The notes beneath the pieces were generated by a model. It worked only from the letters and a program-made list of their open reading frames with translations, did not search any database and was not told the DNA's origin. Both the position numbers and the translations under genes were made by a program. This document shows positions 18,601 to 27,377 of a stretch of 64,000 nucleotides of DNA, piece after piece. The first letter of the stretch is position 1, and each line of letters starts with the position of its first letter. The DNA is taken from positions 64,001 through 128,000 of the forward strand of contig CAWDVP010000001.1 of NCBI GenBank assembly GCA_963805945.1, in the 5' to 3' direction. This stretch comes from Vulcanimicrobiota bacterium (GTDB lineage: Bacteria; Vulcanimicrobiota; Vulcanimicrobiia; Eremiobacterales; Eremiobacteraceae).

Positions 18601-18876
18601 TACGCGCTCCAGCTCGGCATCTACCGAGAAGCGGCACGACGCGTGTACGACGTCGCGGATGCGGCATGCATCATCGGTAGATTCGCCGACGGCGGCTTTT
18701 CGCTCGAGACGGTCGACGTGCCGGACGTGGCGCTGGTGCGCGGGAGGATCGCCGCCGTCGCGACGGGCCTACGCGACCGCGATCTCACACCGCGCCCCGG
18801 CGACTGGTGCTACACCTGCCAGTATCGGGCGGCGCCCTGCGACGCTTATCCGGCGGCGAAGGATCGCGGCAGCTAG
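15646..18876 (+). CDS. UvrD-like SF1 helicase with C-terminal PD-(D/E)xK nuclease (AdnB/AddA-like)
   Basis: ATGA overlap with upstream gene; AGAGTGKT, VDEFQDT, HAAKGLEW; GYIDL..DYKTG; CPR..CYTC..C. Confidence 0.9.
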   Translation: MNDGPMMEFPELRSGTTALESTSELTTEQQAAAEHVLNRPAIVDAGAGTGKTHTIINRVAYLARSGICAADKILLLTFARKAAAELRRRVLERLGPDVEPPHCSTFHAFAANVLADHAYELQVSPDATVIEDIDARLEFRSAFDEVIHSDHEDADALPLRPAQRDQLRDGLFAIAQRLKEQAIKVDDFERRALAAADAIERIPFREIRPEGKTKKPRNPVAQTTDARLRVEAEDARARARAAAKIFRRYEERLHRRHALTYADLLLLARDGIERNPSLASRLRGRYRHCIVDEFQDTDEAQWRFLATLFGAELENVTAVGDPRQSIYGFRGATPGNVTKFAGLPNAVRYALSENRRSRQEILDFAHAVIGEVSEDDAPLRAQRGAAGAQIVHVSSAWTFEDGAKRNADANRVAQADAVARLIRARLARGGIAPRDVAILSRNKTQLQPFTAALNAAGIPYRLLGGAGFYETSEIRDALAWLRLLADPLDGQAAARVCASAACGLTDAATAELAAGLPRDETGFARRLFVEPIPETLDADSRARIERVRSTIDALEPYAAAPLSASMPVVIGVTGLAHERAGGEQASANLRKLLRLATDFVTRNREAQAIDFVHYVDELARIEFDDREADAPADDAVTIMTAHAAKGLEWPVVFIIDVWPTNFPTSLVTLDEATGALLCREGRDDTPLFHIEVARRHPDARGMIPHEDDKESGPSDEERRLFYVALTRAKDELYILGGRSYRGKNPSGRTHVFVEEAERWLATQGWEVDEPIDDATPAIPRSADLALETPQTPTPSADARSSELDRSIADPRQTQVGALQLSFSSLHAFERCPRSLTYAMVMRLPDLRVGRKADSDETGDGEARRDASAPGALMADDYGRIVHRALERWSGARMHGDGVQTPETYVAQAISDLRLRLKAAEVKRASADVQAAMTALAAWRVEHAEAPFSMQYDDVVVKGYIDLIARDPHGSAVVLDYKTGTTAAREYALQLGIYREAARRVYDVADAACIIGRFADGGFSLETVDVPDVALVRGRIAAVATGLRDRDLTPRPGDWCYTCQYRAAPCDAYPAAKDRGS
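15673..15696 (-). repeat. REP-like palindrome, subfamily C, intragenic
   Basis: CCCGAGC-TTC-GATCGGG-CACTACA, read as PELRSGTT. Confidence 0.7.
18040..18065 (-). repeat. REP-like palindrome, subfamily A, intragenic
   Basis: CGGTCGAG-TGAA-CTCGACCG-CTCCAT in the helicase-nuclease linker, read as RSSELDRSI. Confidence 0.85.
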
Positions 18877-19676
18877 TTCTGGCTCGCTCCGATGCCCCAC
18901 TTGCGCTGCCACGTGGCGAGCATGTCCGACTTGTCCATCTCGGTGATCTGGTCGGACACCCACTTGGCCAAAGCGCCGTCGCCTTTCTTCGTGGCGACGC
19001 CGTACGGCTCGACGCTGTAGCGCTCCGGCAAGATGACGGTCCGTTGGTCTTGCTGGGCGTAATATCGTAGGATCGAGCTGTCCGTCGACATCGCCTGGAC
19101 CTTGCCGCCTTGCAAGGCGTTCAACACCAACGCGTAGGTGTCGAACGCGGCGAACGTGAGGAGCGTGTCCGTGCCGGCTTTCGCCATGAGGGCGCTCGCG
19201 GTGTCGGTGTCCTTGGCGATGCCTATCGGCTTGCCGCTCAGGTCGGCCAGCCCCTTGATGTTGGATCGTTTCTGGACCAGCAGCGCGATGCCATCGGTGA
19301 AATAGGGTGGGCTGAAATCGAAGACGATCTTGCGTTCGGGCGTCACGCTGAAGGTCGCGATCAACATGTCCACCTCGCCCGCGTCGAGCAAGGTGCCGCG
19401 CGTCTGCGGCGTCACCGCCATGAAGCTGACCTTCCCGGCGTCACCGAGCAGCCGTTTGGCGAGCTCGTGTGCGATGTCGATCTCGTAGCCTTCGTACTGC
19501 TCCGTCTTCGGATTCAGATATGAGAACCCCAACACATCAGCCTTGACGCCGACGTTGAGCGTCCCCCGCGTGCGGATGACGGATAGCGAATCGGCGCTCG
19601 CCGGTCGCGCGAACATCAGTCCGATCGCGAACGCGAGCGTGATGAGCGCGTAAGCGCTTGCGCGGAATTGCCTCAT
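18873..19676 (-). CDS. Polar amino-acid ABC transporter substrate-binding protein (family 3)
   Basis: Signal peptide; GYEIDIA, TFSVTPER, FSPPYF, EPYGVA. Confidence 0.9.
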   Translation of the reverse strand: MRQFRASAYALITLAFAIGLMFARPASADSLSVIRTRGTLNVGVKADVLGFSYLNPKTEQYEGYEIDIAHELAKRLLGDAGKVSFMAVTPQTRGTLLDAGEVDMLIATFSVTPERKIVFDFSPPYFTDGIALLVQKRSNIKGLADLSGKPIGIAKDTDTASALMAKAGTDTLLTFAAFDTYALVLNALQGGKVQAMSTDSSILRYYAQQDQRTVILPERYSVEPYGVATKKGDGALAKWVSDQITEMDKSDMLATWQRKWGIGASQN

Positions 19677-19814
19677 GTGTCCCTCCCGGCGTCTCTCATA
19701 GGTGCGCACGGCTGTTCTTCGAAGTCACCATTCCGCGCCTGCGGGGCCTCACGACAGGATTCCTTTCGCACGTCGGAAACCCATCGGCGAGCCTCCCTCC
19801 ATGTGAATCGAGCA

Positions 19815-22043
19815 ATGCCGCAAGAACAGCCGTCGGGTACCAACAAGCTGCTGGCCAGCGTCGTGCCGGGGCTGGCGCTCGCCGCGGTCTTCTTCCATCT
19901 CGGCTATGCTGCGGCGAGCGCGCAACCCGCGCTGCACACCGCCCTGCTGCCGCTCGGGCTCGGTTCCTATCTGCTCGGGTTCCTCGCGCTCATCGGGTCG
20001 CTGTCGGCGCGGAGCATCTGGGCGGCGCGCATCCTCCCGGGCCTGTGCGTCGTCGCGTTCATCATCTCGATCGCGATCAATCACCTGGTCAATCCCGCCG
20101 TCGTAAACCCGTCGTATGAGAAATACCAGAGCGATTCGCTCGCCTTCAGCGCCTATTCCGCCCAACTCGTGCTCGAGGGAAGAGACCCGTACACCGAGAG
20201 CATGGCACCGGCGTTCGAACGCTTCCACCTGTCGCCGACGGTCTACACGCCGACGATCGAGGGCGGCACGATCCTCAGCGAACCCTACCCGGCGCTCAGC
20301 TTCTTGATCTACGTCCCTTTCATGGCGATGCACGTGCCGAGCATGATCTGGGTGGATATCGGGTTCCAGATCATCAGCATGCTGCTCATCCTCGTGCTCG
20401 TCCCTGCCCAGACGCGCATCTACTTCGGCCTCTTCTTCTTGCTCATCCCTGAATATCTGAGCTTCGCGGTGAGCTCGGCGACCGACGTGCTGTGGCTGCC
20501 GTTCATGATCGGCGTCGCCGCGACGTGGGACCGGCGCCCGCAGCTGTGCGCCATCCTGCTGGGCCTGGCGTGCGCGATGAAACAGGAGCCGTGGTTCATC
20601 GTGCCGTTCGCGCTCATCTACTGGTGGAAGACGAGCGCTCCGGACGCGGCGCTGGGCACGACGCTGCGACGGCTCGGCTATCTGAGCGCGGCGTTCCTCG
20701 TGCCGAACCTGCCGTTTTTGCTCTGGCATCCGTCGGCGTGGCTCGAGGGCGTCCTTAGCCCGTTGCTGTCTCACGCCGTGCCGCTGGGCAGCGGGCTCAT
20801 CCAGCTCCAGACGAGCGGGCTCATCACGCTGCCGCTGGGCGTCTACACCGCGCTCTGGGTCGCCGCATTCGTCATCTGCGTCGCGGCGTACGCGCGCTGG
20901 ACCGATACGCTGCGCTGGCTGCCCTTCGCGGCGCCGGCGATCGTGTTGTTCTTCAGTCCGCGCTCGCTGCAGAACTACTTCATCTACTGGCCGCTGGTGC
21001 TCGGCGTCTATGCCGCCGTCGCAGCAAGCGAGGCGCCGCCGAAGCTGTACGCGATCCCGTCACCGAGATTGGCCGGCCGCGTCGCGGTGCTGGCGCTCGC
21101 GGGCCTCGCCTCGCTCGTCTTGCTCATCGGCGCCACCGCGGCGGCGGGTGAGCGCATCTCACTCGACGTCAAGCATGTCGGCGTCGACGCCGATACCGGC
21201 CTCGTGAACAGCGTCGTGGTCGACGTCGAAAATCCGACGTCGAACGCCGAGACGCTGCATTTCGCGATCGCCAGTCCGCTCAACTCGCTCGTGTTCTGGC
21301 AGCCCGACCGCTACGAGGTGCCCGCGCACGGATCTGCGACGCTGCGGCTCACGCCGGGCGATCTCGCCGGCGAGGTGCCGCACTCGAAAGACATGGGCTT
21401 CCAAGTGGTCGCCTACGCGCCCCAGGACCGCGTCGCGTCGTATTCGCGCTCGCTGTCGTGGGAAGCGCCGGAGATGCGAGGCGTGCGCAATGGCCGTCTC
21501 GTCTCTGCGGTGAGCAAGTTCCAGACGCTGCCCACACGCGCGCCGTTGGCGTGGAGCGCTGAACCGCAGCCGTTCCTCGACGGGCGCCTGCGCGTCGTGA
21601 GCGAGGGGCCGTTCGGCAACGCGCTCCGCTTCCGCGTTGCGGCGCCGACAGCTTCGGAGTGGGCGATCGTGCAGTGCAGCCAGCCCTTTGTGATGACCGG
21701 TTCGCGCTTCACCTTCTGGCTCAGGCCGCGCCAAGGCGACGCGGGAGCGGCGAGCCCGCCGCAGACCTTCGGCGTCTCGTTCCGCGATGCGCGCGGCCGC
21801 AGAAGCTATTTCGTGGTCGATCCGCGGGTGCGCAGCGTCGCGCGGGTCGCGCGCGGCCGCGACGAGGTCTATCTGCTGCCGGGCCGCGTCGGCTCGTGGA
21901 ACCGCTACACGATCGATCTCGCGCGGCTGCCGGTATTCGCCGAGACGCGCGACAGCCCGCTCTCCGTCACCATCATCGCCGCGGCGCGGCGCGGGGCGCG
22001 CGGCTTTGCGGGCGGCGATTTCGGCGGCATCCTCGAGAACTAG
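19815..22043 (+). CDS. Multi-pass GT-C (GT87-like) glycosyltransferase with extracytoplasmic C-terminal domains
   Basis: GRDPY, YPALSFL, TD, GLACAMKQ.PW, NLPF; about 12 TMs followed by ~290 aa of soluble beta region. Confidence 0.65.
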   Translation: MPQEQPSGTNKLLASVVPGLALAAVFFHLGYAAASAQPALHTALLPLGLGSYLLGFLALIGSLSARSIWAARILPGLCVVAFIISIAINHLVNPAVVNPSYEKYQSDSLAFSAYSAQLVLEGRDPYTESMAPAFERFHLSPTVYTPTIEGGTILSEPYPALSFLIYVPFMAMHVPSMIWVDIGFQIISMLLILVLVPAQTRIYFGLFFLLIPEYLSFAVSSATDVLWLPFMIGVAATWDRRPQLCAILLGLACAMKQEPWFIVPFALIYWWKTSAPDAALGTTLRRLGYLSAAFLVPNLPFLLWHPSAWLEGVLSPLLSHAVPLGSGLIQLQTSGLITLPLGVYTALWVAAFVICVAAYARWTDTLRWLPFAAPAIVLFFSPRSLQNYFIYWPLVLGVYAAVAASEAPPKLYAIPSPRLAGRVAVLALAGLASLVLLIGATAAAGERISLDVKHVGVDADTGLVNSVVVDVENPTSNAETLHFAIASPLNSLVFWQPDRYEVPAHGSATLRLTPGDLAGEVPHSKDMGFQVVAYAPQDRVASYSRSLSWEAPEMRGVRNGRLVSAVSKFQTLPTRAPLAWSAEPQPFLDGRLRVVSEGPFGNALRFRVAAPTASEWAIVQCSQPFVMTGSRFTFWLRPRQGDAGAASPPQTFGVSFRDARGRRSYFVVDPRVRSVARVARGRDEVYLLPGRVGSWNRYTIDLARLPVFAETRDSPLSVTIIAAARRGARGFAGGDFGGILEN

Positions 22044-23053
22044 GCGTTGGCGAGGCGGACGCCGGCGCCGAGCGATTGCAGCTTCGCGTAGGCGATCTCC
22101 CGGCGCATCGGCGCCATGCCGCAGTTGGTCGACGCGATGATCCGCTCGTCCGGCAGATGGCTCCGCGCCACCTCGATCACCGCACGTACGTCGTCGGCCG
22201 ATTCGACGACATCGCTCGCGACGTCGACCACGCCCACCGCGACGTCCTTGCCGCCGGCGAGCGCGAGCACCTCAGGCGGCACGCGCGAACCCGCCAACTC
22301 GATCGAGATCTCGTCGATCGCGCTGGCCGCGAGCAGCGGCATCAGCCGGCCGTACTGGTCCCACGTCGCGCCGAGCGAGCGCTTCCAGTCGACGTTCGCC
22401 TGGATGCCGTAGCCGTAGCACACATGCACCGCGGTGCGGCAGCGCGCGCCCTGCACGCACGCGTCAAGCGCCTCGATGCCCCATTGCGCCGCTTCCTCGA
22501 GATACGCGTTGAAGGCGGGTTCGTCGAGCTGCACGACGTCGACGCCGACCGAGACGAGGCTGGCGATCTCTTCTCGTTGATGAGCCCGGCGAATGCCATC
22601 GCGAGCGACTTGCGATCGCCGTAGTGCGCGTCGTGCACCGTATCCACGATGGTCATCGGACCGGGCAACGTGACCTTCAAGGCGCGCCGCGTGTGGCTGC
22701 GCGCGAAGGCGGCTTCGTCGAGGTGCACCGAGCCATGACGGCGGACTACGCCGGCGATGGTGGGCACGTCGGCCTGATAGCGATCGGCGCGGATCCCGCG
22801 CCGCACCATCTTGGTGAAGTCGACGCCCTCGATATGCTTCGAGAAAGCCGTGGACGAAATGCCTGCGCGATTGCTCGCCGTCGGTGACACAATCGATGCC
22901 GGCGCGTTCCTGCTCGAAGAGCGCCAGCCGCACGGCGTCGCGCTTCGCGTCGGCGAGTTCGGCGCCGTCGAGCCGCCACGCCGGCCAGAGCGTCTCGCTC
23001 TGCGCAAGCCAATGCGGTTTGGGAAGACTGCCGGCGATGGTGGAGCGTATCAC
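22040..23053 (-). CDS. Cobalamin-independent 'core' methionine synthase, MesD-like (two compensating frameshifts near 22838 and 22572)
   Basis: GSLPKP.WLA, DGEQ, LPGPMT, QLDEPAFN, HVCYGYG..AN.DWK, TNCGMAP; Zn ligands H-x-C, E and C. Confidence 0.85.
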   Translation of the reverse strand: MIRSTIAGSLPKPHWLAQSETLWPAWRLDGAELADAKRDAVRLALFEQERAGIDCVTDGEQSRRHFVHGFLEAYRGRRLHQDGAARDPRRSLSGRRAHHRRRSPPSWLGAPRRSRLRAQPHAARLEGHVARSDDHRGYGARRALRRSQVARDGIRRAHQREEIASLVSVGVDVVQLDEPAFNAYLEEAAQWGIEALDACVQGARCRTAVHVCYGYGIQANVDWKRSLGATWDQYGRLMPLLAASAIDEISIELAGSRVPPEVLALAGGKDVAVGVVDVASDVVESADDVRAVIEVARSHLPDERIIASTNCGMAPMRREIAYAKLQSLGAGVRLANA

Positions 23054-23063
23054 CGCGGCGCTG

Positions 23064-23519
23064 CTAGCGGCGTGCCTTGCCTGCGGTCGCCGGATTGCTC
23101 TCCAGCCGCGCCACGTCTTCGTCGTCCGCCGGCTGCGGCCGATCGCGCTGCGCGTCGACGATGCACAGGAAGCCGAACGGCGCATCGCTGTCGTTCACGA
23201 ATTGGTGGAGCGTCATCGGCGAGACGTAGACGTGGTCGAGATTCCGCAGCGCGTGCACGGTGTCGCCGACGATCGCGTAACCCTGGCCGCGGATCACCGT
23301 CACCGAGTGGACGTGCTCGTGCCGTTCCAACCGCGTGTAGCCGTGCGGCTCGACTTCGAAGTAGCGGACCTGGAAGAGCGCCGGCTCGCCGTCGCCGCCC
23401 GAGATGATGTGGCGCGTCACGCCGCGATAGCCGCCGCCCTCGGATTCGCCCTGCGCCTTGTAGCCCGCGGCCTCGACGCCTTCCCACGCGAAGTCAGCCG
23501 CGCGAAATGAATGCTTCAT
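23064..23519 (-). CDS. Cupin resembling 1-methylthio-xylulose-5-phosphate methylsulfurylase
   Basis: W.GV...YK, VTR, RYFEV.P.G...LERH.H.H, HQF, GFLC.V...RD.PQ. ATGA overlap with upstream dehydrogenase. Confidence 0.75.
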   Translation of the reverse strand: MKHSFRAADFAWEGVEAAGYKAQGESEGGGYRGVTRHIISGGDGEPALFQVRYFEVEPHGYTRLERHEHVHSVTVIRGQGYAIVGDTVHALRNLDHVYVSPMTLHQFVNDSDAPFGFLCIVDAQRDRPQPADDEDVARLESNPATAGKARR

Positions 23520-24574
23520 GATCTCCCCGGATAGACGATGACCTTGAGCGCGTCGCCGGCGTCGGCGACCAAGCGATACGCCTCCGCGATCGAGTCGAGG
23601 CCGAAGCGGTGCGTGACCAGGCCCGCGAGCGGCAGGCCGTCGGCGAGCAGGGTGAGCGCCTCGCGCGTGTCGTTCGGACCCGCGGAATAGCTCGTGACGA
23701 CGCTGACGTCTTTGAAGTAGAAATCGTGGACCGGCAGCGGCCAGTATTCGGTGGCCTGCGTCGGCGTGAAGAGCACGATCGTGCCGCCGGGCGCGACGCA
23801 TTGCGCCGCCGCGCGCATCGCCTCTACCGAACCCGGACCCACGATGACGACGTCCGCGCCCTCGCCGTCGGTCGCGGCGAGCACCTGCTCGTGGAGCGGC
23901 GCGGCATCGACGTCGAACGCGAGATGCGCGCCGTGCTCGCGCGACCGTTCGAGGCGGCCGCGCACGCGGTCCGCGCTCATGATCAGTTCGGCGCCGCGGA
24001 AGCGCGCGAGCGCCACATGGAGCATGCCCATGATGCCGAGGCCGATGACGAGCACGCGATCGCCCGCACGCAGGTGAGCACGGCGCGCCGATTTCACCAC
24101 GGTCGCGAGCGGCTCGACGAGCGTCGCCCGATCGTCGTCGAGCGAGTCGGGGATGCGCAGCACGTCGGCGCGCACGTTCTCAGCGGAGACGATGGCGTAT
24201 TGCGCCATGCCGCCCGGCCGCAGCCTGGTCTTGCGCCACGTCTCGCACTGCACGTAGTCCTTGCGCTTGCAGCGCCGGCAGGTCATGCACGGCGCATGGT
24301 GATGGACGAAGACACGCTCGCCGGGCGCGAAAGGCTGGCCGCCGGTCGGCGCGGCGCCCTCGCCGCACGCCTCGACGATAGCGACGGGCTCGTGGCCGAG
24401 CACGAACGGCGCCTTGCGGTCGTTGTACCAGCCCATGACCTCGCCCGGGCAGATGCCGCACGCGGTGATGCGCACGAGCAACTCGCCGGGTTGCAGCGCG
24501 GGCAGCTCGACGTCGCGCACGGCGATGCCGCCTCCGCGTTCGTAGACTGCGGCCCGAGTCGTCGTTGGTTGCAT
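23516..24574 (-). CDS. Zn-dependent MDR dehydrogenase (sorbitol/threonine DH-like)
   Basis: GIC, LGHE, CxxCxxC..C, EPLA, GLGIMG. Confidence 0.9.
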   Translation of the reverse strand: MQPTTTRAAVYERGGGIAVRDVELPALQPGELLVRITACGICPGEVMGWYNDRKAPFVLGHEPVAIVEACGEGAAPTGGQPFAPGERVFVHHHAPCMTCRRCKRKDYVQCETWRKTRLRPGGMAQYAIVSAENVRADVLRIPDSLDDDRATLVEPLATVVKSARRAHLRAGDRVLVIGLGIMGMLHVALARFRGAELIMSADRVRGRLERSREHGAHLAFDVDAAPLHEQVLAATDGEGADVVIVGPGSVEAMRAAAQCVAPGGTIVLFTPTQATEYWPLPVHDFYFKDVSVVTSYSAGPNDTREALTLLADGLPLAGLVTHRFGLDSIAEAYRLVADAGDALKVIVYPGRS

Positions 24575-24639
24575 TGGAAGTCCCGAGGTTCGCGCTCGAC
24601 GTTCGCTATCCCACCTTGGCTATGAGACTTTTGCAGCCC

Positions 24640-26028
24640 TCACCCGTTCAGGACCTCCAACGGTGCGGTATAGAAATCGCTCTTGTAGGCACGGCGGTAT
24701 ATGACGAGCGGGATGATGCCGAGGACGAGCAAGCCCACCGTGACCGCATCGGCGCGCCATCCGGCGGTGATGAGCTGCGCCACCACCACGATCCAGAGAA
24801 AGACGGCGGCGCCGACCGGCCATATCCCCTTGAGCACGAGCGCCCGGCGATCGGTGGCGAAAGAGCGCCGATAGTAGCGTGCGCACGCGATCGCCGACAG
24901 CCCGTAATAGAACGCGATGTAGATGCCGATGGCGTTGACGGATTCGTTGAGGACCTGTGAGATGCTCGCGCTTGCGGCTGCGGCCGCGAACAGCGCCAGC
25001 GAGATCACTCCCATCACGATGCTGCCGAACCACGGCGTCTGATAGCGCGGATTGAGCTCGGCGAAGCGCTCGCTGATCACGCGGTCGCGGCTCATCGACA
25101 TCAGCGTGCGGCTCACCACGAGCAGCGACGCCTCGAGCGTGCCGATCGTGCTCACGATGACGACGATCACGGCGATATCGCCCCAGGGTCTCGGCAAGAT
25201 CGCATTCGCGAAGACGTCGAGCAGGTTGGAGCCAGCATCTTGGATGGCGTGCACCGGCAGGACCATCTGGACGCTCACTTGCACGCCGATGAACAGCGCC
25301 AGCAGGATGAACATGCCCTGCAGGCCTGCGATGCCCGGCGCCCGGCTATGGTCGACGGTCTCTTCGGCCAGATTGGCGGTGACATCCCAGCCCCAGAAGT
25401 AGAACAATGCGACGAGCGCGCCCGCCATGACGGCGGCGAAGCCGCCCGCGGGATATGGCGAGAACCACGCAAGGGTGAAGGCGTTCGCGTGCCCTGCGGT
25501 GGCGGAGTGGACGATGCCGATGACAGCCAGCGCCGCGAGGCCGGCGATCTCGATGCCGGTCACGATCCGCTGGAAGTATGCGGTCGTGCGGATGCCGACT
25601 AGCACGACGACGTTGACGAGCACGAACCACACCGCGCCGACAGCGGTCACGGCCGCGATGTCGTTCGACAGGCGCGGCGCGAAGAGATCGAGCGTCGCCG
25701 ACGCCGCTGGCAGCGAGCCGGCGACCATGAAGATCGTATTGGCGACGAGGATCGACCAGCCGGCCAGAAATCCGAGATCTGGACTGAGCGCGCGGCCCAC
25801 CCACGCGTAGCCCGCACCGGCATCGGTTCGCCACGCGTTGAGATAGAAGTAGGCGATGGCGAGTCCGAACATCGCGACCGCGCCGAGCAGCAGCGCTCCC
25901 GGGCCGTACAGCCCGACGGCTGCGATGAGCGCGCCGGTGCTCACGGCGACGGAATTCGCCGGCGCTGTGCCGGCCACGGCGATCAAGACCGAGTCCAGCC
26001 GCGAGAGCGCGTTACGACGGAGCTCCAT
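24640..26028 (-). CDS. APC family amino acid/polyamine permease
   Basis: 12 TMs; GTAPA, GWD..ANLAEET, QTPW. Confidence 0.9.
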   Translation of the reverse strand: MELRRNALSRLDSVLIAVAGTAPANSVAVSTGALIAAVGLYGPGALLLGAVAMFGLAIAYFYLNAWRTDAGAGYAWVGRALSPDLGFLAGWSILVANTIFMVAGSLPAASATLDLFAPRLSNDIAAVTAVGAVWFVLVNVVVLVGIRTTAYFQRIVTGIEIAGLAALAVIGIVHSATAGHANAFTLAWFSPYPAGGFAAVMAGALVALFYFWGWDVTANLAEETVDHSRAPGIAGLQGMFILLALFIGVQVSVQMVLPVHAIQDAGSNLLDVFANAILPRPWGDIAVIVVIVSTIGTLEASLLVVSRTLMSMSRDRVISERFAELNPRYQTPWFGSIVMGVISLALFAAAAASASISQVLNESVNAIGIYIAFYYGLSAIACARYYRRSFATDRRALVLKGIWPVGAAVFLWIVVVAQLITAGWRADAVTVGLLVLGIIPLVIYRRAYKSDFYTAPLEVLNG

Positions 26029-26029
26029 G

Positions 26030-27340
26030 CTAGCTCATCGCATCCAAGAAGCGGTACCATGCGCCGGCTGCGGGCACGAGCCACGAAGAGCTCATGCGCA
26101 GCCCCGCGGGCGACACCGGAAGCGGACGCATCAGCGGATCTGCAGCTGCGCCTGCACGACCGGCGCCGTCACCGCCCGAGATCGATGCGGCAAGCCGCGC
26201 GCCCAGGTGGGTCGCCAGCGCAACCCCGTGGCCTGCGTACCCGACGGCATAGTGGATCCCGTCAAGCACGCCGGCGTGCGGCAGCATGTCCAAAGTGAAA
26301 TCGATCGTGCCGCCCCATGCGTATTCCACCGCGGCGTCGCGCAGTTGCGGGAACACGGCGACCATGTCTTTGCGCAAGATGTCGACGCTTTCCGACAACG
26401 CGCGTTCGGATTCGGGGACGAACGACGCGCGCCCGCCGAAGAGCACGCGATCGTCAGGCGTAAGCCGGAAATAGTGGAGGAAGCGCTTGGAGTCGTACAT
26501 CATCCTGTTCCGCGGCGAGAGCTCGCGCGCGCGCGTCGTACCCAGCGGCTCCGTTGCGATGACATACGAGCCGATAGGCACGATGCGCCGCGTCAGCCAC
26601 GGCGATTCGGCGCCGGTGTAGGCGCCGGTCGCGACGATGACCTCGTTAGCCGCGAGGTCGCCGCGTCCGGTCGCCACGGTGAATCCGGCGGCGCCCGTGT
26701 TGCGCCGGGCGATGCGCGTCACTGGCGTGTTCTCGAGGACTGCGGCGCCCGAGCGACGGGCCGCTTGCGCTAGACCGTACACGAGTTTCGCTGGGTTGAC
26801 GCTTGCGCTTGCGTCGTCGACCATGCCGCCGTGATAGGCGCTCGATCCGACCTCATCATGCAGGTCCGCAGGTGGCACGAGCCGGACGTGCCGTCCGAAT
26901 GCCTGCGCCAGGAGCGCCGCTTCTCGCTCGAACTGCGCGAAGTGAGACCGCTTTGACGCGAGCGCGAGATGGCCGCAGCGGGCGAAATCGCACGCGATCC
27001 GTTCCTCGCCCACGAGCCGCTCGACGAAGTCGATCGCTTCGATCGACGACGCGTCAAGGCGACGCGCGGCGTCGAGCCCGTAGCGCGCGATGAGCTCGTG
27101 CGGTGAGAGCTTGAGCCCGCTCAACACCATGCCGCCGTTGCGCGAGCTCGCTCCCCAACCGACTTCGTGCGTCTCCAGCACGGTCACGCGAGCGCCGAGC
27201 TTGGTAAGCGTCAGCGCGGCGGAGAGCCCGGTCAGGCCGGCGCCCACGATCGCGACGTCCGCCGCCGCCGGCAGGTCGACGGGGCCGCGCGTGTCTCGCC
27301 CGGCCTCGACCGTCTCTCGCCAGTAGGCGAGCCGCTTCAA
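26030..27340 (-). CDS. FAD-dependent oxidoreductase (DAO family, PuuB-like)
   Basis: GAGLTG, GASSRNGG, YAWGG, GYAGHG. Confidence 0.9.
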   Translation of the reverse strand: MKRLAYWRETVEAGRDTRGPVDLPAAADVAIVGAGLTGLSAALTLTKLGARVTVLETHEVGWGASSRNGGMVLSGLKLSPHELIARYGLDAARRLDASSIEAIDFVERLVGEERIACDFARCGHLALASKRSHFAQFEREAALLAQAFGRHVRLVPPADLHDEVGSSAYHGGMVDDASASVNPAKLVYGLAQAARRSGAAVLENTPVTRIARRNTGAAGFTVATGRGDLAANEVIVATGAYTGAESPWLTRRIVPIGSYVIATEPLGTTRARELSPRNRMMYDSKRFLHYFRLTPDDRVLFGGRASFVPESERALSESVDILRKDMVAVFPQLRDAAVEYAWGGTIDFTLDMLPHAGVLDGIHYAVGYAGHGVALATHLGARLAASISGGDGAGRAGAAADPLMRPLPVSPAGLRMSSSWLVPAAGAWYRFLDAMS

Positions 27341-27377
27341 GCCCGGAGCCGCAGCAGCGTGGCGATCACGTGCGGGG

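Noticed and set aside
12599..18876. Helicase-nuclease pair as an anti-phage defence system
   Set aside because: Architecture fits housekeeping end-resection enzymes, composition matches the genome, and there is no defence-island context.
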